From Chthoniobacterales bacterium (GTDB lineage: Bacteria > Verrucomicrobiota > Verrucomicrobiia > Chthoniobacterales > UBA6821): 64,000 nt of DNA. Positions 18,947 through 26,436 of the stretch are shown one piece after another. Below the pieces are notes generated by a model, which was not told the origin of the DNA, searched no databases, and worked only from the letters and a program-made list of their open reading frames with translations. Each line of letters starts with the position of its first letter. The first letter of the stretch is position 1. Both the position numbers and the translations under genes were made by a program. The stretch lies in contig JAIEQL010000005.1 in the NCBI GenBank assembly GCA_019747735.1, positions 28,365 through 92,364 of the forward strand, given 5' to 3'.

Positions 18947-19141
18947 AAACGATGAGAACAGGCTATAGGCTGCAGGCTATAGGTAGGCTGCAAAGCGCTT
19001 CACGCTTGATTTCTAAAATACCATCGTTTTTGCGATGGCGAAGAATCAACTGAGAACTGGCAACCGAGAACCGACAACTTTTTTCAATTTGAAAAAATGG
19101 CAAGAATTCCGATTTCATTTTCATTCTAAAATCACCTTAAC

Positions 19142-20026
19142 TTATCGATAATGCTTCCCCCGCCGTGCAAAAAAGGAACGAAGGGTTGGTAAATAATCCT
19201 CTTCGGTTCGCAATGGCACCGTGTCAATACGGCGAGCCGCTAGAAAATGTTTTAAATCAAGAGAGCGGCGGTGTGCTGCTTGTTGGTATTTTTCTCTCAG
19301 CGAAGCAGAAGAGGTATTGATCTCGATTTGTTCTCCTGTTTCAGGATCTTCCAAAGTGATGACCCCAACATCAGGTAACATCTCTTCCACAGGGTCTACA
19401 ATGGGAAGGGCAATGACATCATGACGTTTAGCCGTGACGGCAAGGGGTTTCGAAAAATCGTTATTATCGAGAAAATCAGAAATGAGAAAGAGAATGGTCT
19501 GGCGATGCAATACTTTGTTCAAGTAGTTCAGGGCTTGTTCAATATTAGTTTTGGAACTCTTGGACTGAAAATAAAAGAGCTCATGGATCAGCCTCAAGTT
19601 GTGCACCCGCCCTTTCTTAGGAGGAATGAAGAGTTCTATTTGATCGGAAAAAAGAAGCAGCCCAACCTTGTCATTGTTATAAATAGCGCTAAAAGCTAAG
19701 AGCGCACCGACCTCCGCGGCGATTTCTCGTTTGCTTTCTTGCACGCTTCCAAAATTTCCAGAAGCACTGACATCCAGCAAAATCATGACGGTCACTTCTC
19801 GCTCTTCGGTAAACTTTTTTATAAAAGGCTCTCCGGTCCGCGCCGTCACATTCCAATCAATAGAGCGAATTTCATCCCCTGGCGTGTAAGGGCGCACCTC
19901 CTCAAAATTCATCCCTTGGCCTTTGAAGACGCTCTGATACTGACCTGCTAAGGAATCTTGGACAAGGTGCCTAGTACGCAGCTCAATGCGGCGAATTTTT
20001 TTTCTGATTTCTTGAGAAGTTTTCAT
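19142..20026 (-). CDS. DUF58 (VWA-like) protein, MoxR partner
   Basis: GQYQSVFKGQGMNFEEVRPYTPGDEIRSIDWNVTARTGEPFIKKF...LLDVSASG is the typical DUF58 N-terminal signature. Confidence 0.85.
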   Translation of the reverse strand: MKTSQEIRKKIRRIELRTRHLVQDSLAGQYQSVFKGQGMNFEEVRPYTPGDEIRSIDWNVTARTGEPFIKKFTEEREVTVMILLDVSASGNFGSVQESKREIAAEVGALLAFSAIYNNDKVGLLLFSDQIELFIPPKKGRVHNLRLIHELFYFQSKSSKTNIEQALNYLNKVLHRQTILFLISDFLDNNDFSKPLAVTAKRHDVIALPIVDPVEEMLPDVGVITLEDPETGEQIEINTSSASLREKYQQAAHRRSLDLKHFLAARRIDTVPLRTEEDYLPTLRSFFARRGKHYR

Positions 20027-20049
20027 ATCTATTGAAAAGCTATGCTTTT

Positions 20050-20192
20050 CTTAGAAGAAAATAGCCACAAAAGAACGCAAAAACATTTTAGGAATTTTTA
20101 TAAAAATTCTTAAATAAGAAAGACTCGAAACGAAAATCAAAGGTTGTATTTTATTTTTTTCCTCTGCGCTCTTTGTGTTCTTTTGTGGCTAT
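20050..20192. repeat. Family C long palindromic element (C3)
   Basis: aatagccacaaaagaacgcaaaaac ... ctttgtgttcttttgtggctat. Fills most of the 180-nt moxR-DUF58 spacer. Confidence 0.8.
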
Positions 20193-20206
20193 AAATCTTC
20201 TTTCCG

Positions 20207-21196
20207 TTAGGGCACAGGCAGTCCTTCAAAAATTTTCTTAATAACATCTTCGGAGGTCATCGACTCCGCTTCGGCTTCGTAGCTCACGGCAACACGATGG
20301 CGGAGCACATCAAATCCAATCGACTTCACATCATGAGGAGTGACATAACCCCGTCCTTGCAAGAAGGCATGAGCTTTGGCAGCCAAGGTCAAAAAGATTG
20401 TGGCTCGAGGAGAGGCACCATAACGAATCATTCCCTCCATTTTTAATTGATAAGCGGCTGGTTCCCGTGTCGCCCAGACAAGGTCGACGATGTAGTTTTT
20501 GACTTTTTCATCTACATAGATGTCATTGACTACTTTTCTCGATTCCAAAAGTTGCTCCTTCTGCAACACAGGCTGCACCTTGGGCAGAGGTTCGGAAGTG
20601 GCCATTGTATCGAGAATTAAGCGCTCTTCTTTTCGGGTAGGATAACCGACAATGACCTTTAACATAAACCGATCAAGCTGCGCCTCAGGCAAGGGATAGG
20701 TTCCCTCTTGCTCTAGGGGATTTTGTGTCGCAAGGACTAAAAAAGGATCGGGTAAAGGAAAGGTTTCTTCGCTAATGGTTACCTGTCGCTCTTGCATGGC
20801 TTCGAGTAGAGCACTTTGGACTTTGGCGGGAGCACGGTTGATTTCATCAGCCAAAATGAGGTTGGCAAAAATAGGGCCTTTGCGAGTGGTGAAGACCGCT
20901 TCTCGGGGATTGTAAATGAGAGTTCCAATCAGATCAGCTGGGAGCAAGTCAGGAGTAAATTGCAACCGTTGAAAAGAAGCCTGAACACAGGAGGCAAGAG
21001 TACGTACGGTCAACGTCTTTGCCAATCCTGGAACACCTTCTAGAAGCACATGCCCATTGCCCAGAAGGCCAATGAGCAAAGCCCTCACCAATCCTTGTTG
21101 GCCAATCACAACACGACTGATTTCTTGGACGAGAGGATGAACCCAGGAACTAGCTTCCTGCACACGACGATCGAGTTCTTGAACAGAGTGATTCAT
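20207..21196 (-). CDS. moxR: MoxR-family AAA+ ATPase
   Basis: Walker A GVPGLAKT, Walker B LILADEINRA, and the typical 329-aa MoxR length. First gene of the Bat cluster. Confidence 0.9.
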   Translation of the reverse strand: MNHSVQELDRRVQEASSWVHPLVQEISRVVIGQQGLVRALLIGLLGNGHVLLEGVPGLAKTLTVRTLASCVQASFQRLQFTPDLLPADLIGTLIYNPREAVFTTRKGPIFANLILADEINRAPAKVQSALLEAMQERQVTISEETFPLPDPFLVLATQNPLEQEGTYPLPEAQLDRFMLKVIVGYPTRKEERLILDTMATSEPLPKVQPVLQKEQLLESRKVVNDIYVDEKVKNYIVDLVWATREPAAYQLKMEGMIRYGASPRATIFLTLAAKAHAFLQGRGYVTPHDVKSIGFDVLRHRVAVSYEAEAESMTSEDVIKKIFEGLPVP

Positions 21197-21419
21197 TGTT
21201 TTTAAAAGTGTAAGGGTTGAGAAGTTTAGGAGCTTAGGTTGGAACAGAAAAAAACCGAATTAAAAAAATCTGAGATAGCTTATTCAAATGACAACGCAAA
21301 GATCAATTCGTTCAAAAAAATTTTTCCACCCAAGTAATCAGTTAGATATTACGTCTCTATCTTAAATTTACTTGAAGTTAAATTTAAACGCACTAGGACT
21401 CTTGGGCTCTACTTAAATT

Positions 21420-21548
21420 ATGTTTACCATGGCAAAAATAAGAAATGGGGATTCCTATTTGAAAACTCATCTTTCTATTAATGACTACTACTCAGAAAAA
21501 GAATCTGTTGCTGGAATATGGGCAGGAAATGGAGCACGCTCTATTTAA
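21420..21548 (+). pseudogene. N-terminal stump of a TrwC/TraI-type conjugative relaxase
   Basis: MFTMAKIRNGDSYLKTHLSINDYYSEKESVAGIWAGNGARSI* matches the relaxase N-terminus pattern (...a.irsg.sa..YY....dnYY......g.WaGkGAe.LGL) and stops exactly where the vapC 3' end begins. Confidence 0.6.
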
Positions 21549-21981
21549 AAAAAATCACTTTTATTCCCACTTTCTCTGCCAACAATTTTTGTCGAGCATG
21601 ACAGGTGACAAACTCTCCAACACCGAGCAGCAATGCTAAAGCAACGTGGAGTATATCAAGCGTGCGACACCCTATTGCGGCTGTATGCACCTGCACAAGC
21701 TGTAGGGCATGAGAATACTCTTCACCTTGAAAAGAAATTCGTGTGTAGGTGCCCTGATTAAGGTTTTTTTGGAAATAATAGTGGCATGTGGAAGCCTCTT
21801 GAGAAGAGATTTGCTTGCGGAATAATTGTTGTTGAATCGCGCCCATAAGCTCTAATTCGGCTAAGAGAGGCAATGGAAGAGGGAGTAATGCTTCTTGCTC
21901 AATCCACTGTGTTATTTTAGAAGTGCGAGCATCTTCTAAATAGAGTGAAGCAAGAACGCTAGTGTCGCAGTAATGCTTCAT
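21541..21981 (-). CDS. vapC: PIN-domain toxin VapC
   Basis: 146 aa with an N-terminal YCDTSVL acidic residue and the PIN pattern. Overlaps the upstream antitoxin gene by 4 nt. Confidence 0.8.
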   Translation of the reverse strand: MKHYCDTSVLASLYLEDARTSKITQWIEQEALLPLPLPLLAELELMGAIQQQLFRKQISSQEASTCHYYFQKNLNQGTYTRISFQGEEYSHALQLVQVHTAAIGCRTLDILHVALALLLGVGEFVTCHARQKLLAEKVGIKVIFFK

Positions 21982-22223
21982 CGCTCTCCCCTCATTTCGG
22001 AAATGAGTTCTGCATTACTAATCCCTTTGATCGGATGAGCAAAAGTTGCTCGAAGCTGTCTTTGAAAATCAGGACATTTGATTTTGGAGGGCCTTTTCTC
22101 AAGTGGTCTTATTTCTGCAACAGCTTTATTCCTCTTGGTAATGGTGACTCTTTCGCCAGCTTCAATCCAAAGCAATACTTTAGCAAGGCTGTGTTGAACA
22201 GTTCTGATACTTGCGGTTTTCAT
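21978..22223 (-). CDS. vapB: Phd/YefM-type antitoxin (VapB partner)
   Basis: MKTASIRTVQHSLAKVLLWIEAGERVTITKRNKAVAEIRPL. An alternative ATG lies 9 nt upstream (22232). Confidence 0.7.
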   Translation of the reverse strand: MKTASIRTVQHSLAKVLLWIEAGERVTITKRNKAVAEIRPLEKRPSKIKCPDFQRQLRATFAHPIKGISNAELISEMRGER

Positions 22224-22275
22224 GTGTAACATTATTGTTTAACATTACAAAAACGTCTACTCTCTATTTTTGAAC

Positions 22276-24408
22276 CTAACTCGTCGCCGTCTTTTTTTGA
22301 GAAGAGAAATTTTGCAACGGCGCCGTAAATGGCTTAGGAAGGGGATCAGTAGGCCTTAAGGCTCGTGGCAAAAGCGGTTGTGGTTTTTTGGAAGAGTTCA
22401 AATCTTGGTAACGAAGGCGTTCACGATGATTCATCGGATCATCAAAGAGTTCTTCATACTGCGTGTTTAAAGAGAGGGCCTGATCATACTTCGCAGTGGC
22501 TGCAATGTAGTTGTATTCAGCTTGAAGGACTGTTGTCTGGGCTTGGAGCAGCTGGACTTGAGCATTCAGCACATCAAGTTGAACTCCAGCGCCAGCATTC
22601 AAGCGCTCTTGCGAGAGACGCAATGCCTCAGCGGCTTGTATGACGTTAGCTTTTTGACTATCAACGGTCTCTTGAGCTTGTTGCATGTTAGAAATAGCTT
22701 GCTGAACGCTCAGAATCACTTGGCGCGTGCCATTGTCATAAGCTGTCTTAGCAATCATGAGGTTGGCTTTGGCCTGTTTTACATTACCGTAGGTGGCCAA
22801 TCCATCGAAGATAGCCCAATTTCCTTGAACGCCAAAAAACCAACCACTGACATAGTTGCCAAGATCGTGGTTGTAAATAGTCGTTCCAGCGGAGTTAACA
22901 GAAGCAGAATCCACTGAGAGAAACTGATAGCCGCCATTGGCTGTGATGGTAGGTAAATAGCCACCGATAGCTGCCGTGATGTTTTGAGCCATGATCAAAA
23001 TATTTTGACGTTGTGCTTTCAACGTCGGGCTACGCCGCAAGGCTGTATAAATCGACTTGTCCGAATCAACCTTTCGCGGGTGGTAATCCAATTCTCCAAC
23101 GACATCAAAGGGAACCTCCACTGATTGAAGGTTGGGATAATTAATACCAATAAGCTGTACGAGTTGAAAAAGAGAAAGTCGCAAGTTATTGCGTGCTGTA
23201 ATCAAGGCTGGCTGGGCATTAGCAAGTTGAACCTCTGCTTGGAGCACATTAAAACGAGGGACTGTTCCAGCCTCGTAGCGACTTTTTTGATCTTCTACCT
23301 GACTGGCGAGCAGTTCGACGCTTTGTTCATTGGCAACGACAAGAGCTCGGTTAAGTACAACTTGATAAAAAGCAGTGACGATTTGGGCTATCACCGAATC
23401 AATGGTGACGCGCAGATTGTAGTAGGCCATTTGCTCGGAGAATTTTGCCGCTTTAATATTGGCAATCGCGGTGCCTCCATTGTAAAGGAGTTGCGAGCCA
23501 CCTAAGGTGATTCCCCAAGCCTGATTGATGGGGTACTGATTGGAAGGGTTGGTCGGGAGAGAAGAATCATTGCTTAGGTTGGGCTGAACCCATTTATAAG
23601 TTGAGTTAGTGACACCAAACTGCGGGATGATAGCCGAACGCACCGTAATAAAATTGCCACTCTGCTGACGGATCGCATCAATGGCTGTGAGTACCGAAGG
23701 ATTTTTTTGAAGAGCTGTTTTTACACAATCATTGATGGTTAAACGTGTGGCCCCCTTAGCCACGACCCCTGATTTTACCTTCTCTCCGGCCTTCATGAGT
23801 GCTTGAGCAGAAGCGGGAATTTGAGAGGTTTTGCTTTGCAATGTTAGATCCTCTGCAAAAAAAGAAGAGTTGCTCCCCAACGCAGGAGGAGTCTGGGTGG
23901 GTAAAGGTGCTGCTAAGGGAAGCGAAGAACTGGTAGTGGGAGTAGGAGCGGCTGTAGTGCTTGGATCTGTTGGAGAAGGAGAGCTCGGTGCAAAAGCATT
24001 TGTTGCTGGCACAACCGTGGTGGGAGAAGGTGTTGGTAAGGTCGCCGAGGGGGTGAGTGGATCACTTTGGTTTACCGCTCCAGAGCCACTTGGTGTTGGC
24101 GTTGGCGTTGGAAGAGGATTGTTAGTAACTCCTAATACAGGCTGAGAAGGAGCATTACTACTTGATGGAAGCGATACGGTCTCTGCTTCATGAGTGGGTG
24201 TTGGTAGGGTTATTACCTCTGGAGAAGAAGTCGTCGCTTTAATTTCATTGGTAGTACCAGGATCCAGCGTGGGAGCAGAATGAAAGAGTGCGTTTGCCTT
24301 ATAATCAGGATTGGGCACAGGAGCACTCTCTTGAGCAATCGCAGAAAATAGGCTCAGGGAAAAGAAGACAAGCAAAGTGAGCAGCTGTTGTCTGGAGGTG
24401 ATGGCCAT
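22276..24408 (-). CDS. tolC: TolC-family outer-membrane efflux protein with a long Pro/Thr/Ser-rich N-terminal region
   Basis: Signal peptide, then a PT/S-rich linker of about 190 aa, then two TolC repeats (LTINDCVKTALQKNPSV..., SIYTALRRSPTLKAQ...). Confidence 0.8.
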   Translation of the reverse strand: MAITSRQQLLTLLVFFSLSLFSAIAQESAPVPNPDYKANALFHSAPTLDPGTTNEIKATTSSPEVITLPTPTHEAETVSLPSSSNAPSQPVLGVTNNPLPTPTPTPSGSGAVNQSDPLTPSATLPTPSPTTVVPATNAFAPSSPSPTDPSTTAAPTPTTSSSLPLAAPLPTQTPPALGSNSSFFAEDLTLQSKTSQIPASAQALMKAGEKVKSGVVAKGATRLTINDCVKTALQKNPSVLTAIDAIRQQSGNFITVRSAIIPQFGVTNSTYKWVQPNLSNDSSLPTNPSNQYPINQAWGITLGGSQLLYNGGTAIANIKAAKFSEQMAYYNLRVTIDSVIAQIVTAFYQVVLNRALVVANEQSVELLASQVEDQKSRYEAGTVPRFNVLQAEVQLANAQPALITARNNLRLSLFQLVQLIGINYPNLQSVEVPFDVVGELDYHPRKVDSDKSIYTALRRSPTLKAQRQNILIMAQNITAAIGGYLPTITANGGYQFLSVDSASVNSAGTTIYNHDLGNYVSGWFFGVQGNWAIFDGLATYGNVKQAKANLMIAKTAYDNGTRQVILSVQQAISNMQQAQETVDSQKANVIQAAEALRLSQERLNAGAGVQLDVLNAQVQLLQAQTTVLQAEYNYIAATAKYDQALSLNTQYEELFDDPMNHRERLRYQDLNSSKKPQPLLPRALRPTDPLPKPFTAPLQNFSSQKKTATS

Positions 24409-24463
24409 AATCTAAATAAAGGGGGACTATGCTAACGCAAAAGAGTTTGTTTTTGGAAAAGAA

Positions 24464-24510
24464 TTCACCACAAAGAACACAAAAAAGAATTTTTTTATAA
24501 AAAATTCCAA
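24464..24510. repeat. Family C element, single arm plus core (C4)
   Basis: ttcaccacaaagaacacaaaaaagaatttttttataaaaaattccaag matches one arm and the palindromic core of C2/C3. Confidence 0.5.
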
Positions 24511-24535
24511 GTGTTAAAAATTCACGTTTTTAGGT

Positions 24536-26008
24536 TTATGCTCTAGAGTTGCAAAGCCTCTTAAAATGAACTTTCAGAACGCGCTTGCCATCACTCTCTT
24601 TGACGGTAACTCGATAATCTCCTATCAAAACCTCGTCACCTCGTTGGGGTAAGTGATCCAAAAGCTGCGTAATATATCCGGCGATCGTGCTTACCTCTGC
24701 TCCTTCAAAAGAAAGCTCTGTTATTTCGGCTAGATCATGTAAGGCAAAGGATCCCGTTATTTCAAATTCATCTTCATTAATTTTTTTAAATTCTTCTTCG
24801 TTATCAAATTCATCTTGAATAGAGCCAACCAACTCCTCGAGCACATTGTCCAAGGTGACAATGCCAACAGCACCTCCATATTCATCAATAGCAATCGCTA
24901 AATGGGCATGCCGACTTAAAAAAAACGAGAGCAATTTTTCCAGTGGCATCATTTCTGAAACATGCAGAATAGGATGTTGAATGGAAGCAAGCTGTTTCCC
25001 ATTGGCTTCTATTCGCTGTGGCTCTGATTCAACAACATCAGCAGAGGATCTTTCACCAGAGAAAGCAGGATGATAAAATACTTTTCCTAAAAGATCTTTG
25101 ATATGAACAAATCCAGAAGCTTCATCGAGCTCTCCAGAGCAGATAGGAAAACGCGTATGTTGTGAGCTGATGACTTTGGCAAGCTCCTCCTGAAAATTTT
25201 TTTTAAGATCAAAGATAATGACATCGCTTCGTGGTGTCATGATATCGCGCACCACATGATGGCGGAGATCGAACGCGTTGAGGGCTAGCTTTTGACCAAG
25301 AGGGGTAATTTCTTCGCTTTTGGTGCTCTCTCCTAAAATCAAACGCAACTCCTCTTCACTATGAAACAATGCTGTTTCGTTAGCCGGTTCTAGCCTCAAG
25401 ATATGGCGGAGTAAAAAATTGGAAGAGCTATTAAGCAAGCTAATAGCTGGGCGAAAGAGTGTATAAAAAGTTGTTAAAAAAGGACTCAGCCAGAGCGCTG
25501 TGGGAATCGCTTTTCGAATGGCGAAGGTCTTAGGAGCTTGTTCTCCGAGAACTATGTGGAGAAAAGTAATACCAGTAAAAGCGAGGAGAAAAGAGACCGA
25601 AGAAGTAATTTTGCACGAAGTAATGCCGCATGCAAAAAAAAGAGGTGTGATTAACGAATTTAAAAAAGGTTCCCCAACCCATCCTAGCCCAAGGCTTGCA
25701 AGAGTGACCCCTAATTGTGTCGCCGAGAGGTAAACATCGAGATGATTAATGATATGTTGGACTCGTCGAGCATGCGGATATTTTTCTTTAACGAGTGTCT
25801 CTACTTGGCTGGAGCGGATTTTAACGATGGCAAACTCCGAAGCCACAAAGAGAGCGTTGAGCAAGACCAACAAAAAAATAACCAGCAACTTCAAAAAAAT
25901 GATTTCCCCAAAACCCAAAAAAGCAGGTTCCGCGCTACTGACCGAAGGCTGAAGGCTGAAGGCTAAAGGCAGTACCTGTAAGGAAACTAGAAGCATGGTA
26001 GTTACCAC
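24536..26008 (-). CDS. CNNM/HlyC/CorC-family transporter (DUF21 + CBS pair + CorC_HlyC)
   Basis: LLNALFVASEFAIVKIRSSQV (DUF21), a CBS pair, and the C-terminal ...GDEVLIGDYRVTVKESDGKRVLKV. The first ~30 codons read through an AGCCTTC heptamer repeat, so the true start is uncertain. Confidence 0.85.
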   Translation of the reverse strand: MVTTMLLVSLQVLPLAFSLQPSVSSAEPAFLGFGEIIFLKLLVIFLLVLLNALFVASEFAIVKIRSSQVETLVKEKYPHARRVQHIINHLDVYLSATQLGVTLASLGLGWVGEPFLNSLITPLFFACGITSCKITSSVSFLLAFTGITFLHIVLGEQAPKTFAIRKAIPTALWLSPFLTTFYTLFRPAISLLNSSSNFLLRHILRLEPANETALFHSEEELRLILGESTKSEEITPLGQKLALNAFDLRHHVVRDIMTPRSDVIIFDLKKNFQEELAKVISSQHTRFPICSGELDEASGFVHIKDLLGKVFYHPAFSGERSSADVVESEPQRIEANGKQLASIQHPILHVSEMMPLEKLLSFFLSRHAHLAIAIDEYGGAVGIVTLDNVLEELVGSIQDEFDNEEEFKKINEDEFEITGSFALHDLAEITELSFEGAEVSTIAGYITQLLDHLPQRGDEVLIGDYRVTVKESDGKRVLKVHFKRLCNSRA

Positions 26009-26110
26009 AAGGTGCTTTTATAAAAAAGGGCTGCTTGAAAGAAGTTTTCGCATTTAGATTCTGCGAACCGCGAACAGCCAACCACGAAGGGTCATCGCCA
26101 TGCGATGACC

Positions 26111-26380
26111 TTACCAACTCGATTTCGTCACCCCGGGAATCAAACCATTAGAGGCCATTTCACGAAAAGTAATACGAGAGAGTTGAAAACGTCGAATGAA
26201 CGCACGGCGACGTCCTGTAAGCTTGCAACGATTGGAAAGCCGTACAGGACTTGCATCACGAGGCAACTGGCTTAGGCCAATATAATCTTTTTTTGCTTTA
26301 AGCTCTGCACGCAATGCTGCCCATTTTTGAACAGTTGCTCTTTTGCGCTTTTCGCGTTCAATCCATGAAGTTTTTGCCAT
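26111..26380 (-). CDS. rpsN: 30S ribosomal protein S14 (89 aa, zinc-independent type)
   Basis: [14 protein letters not shown]...[49 protein letters not shown]. No CxxC pairs. It is not in a ribosomal-protein cluster here. Confidence 0.85.
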   Translation of the reverse strand: MAKTSWIEREKRKRATVQKWAALRAELKAKKDYIGLSQLPRDASPVRLSNRCKLTGRRRAFIRRFQLSRITFREMASNGLIPGVTKSSW

Positions 26381-26436
26381 AAGGAGGAAAAAACTATCAC
26401 AAAAGAAACAACTGACAAGGTTTTTTTTTAAACGGG

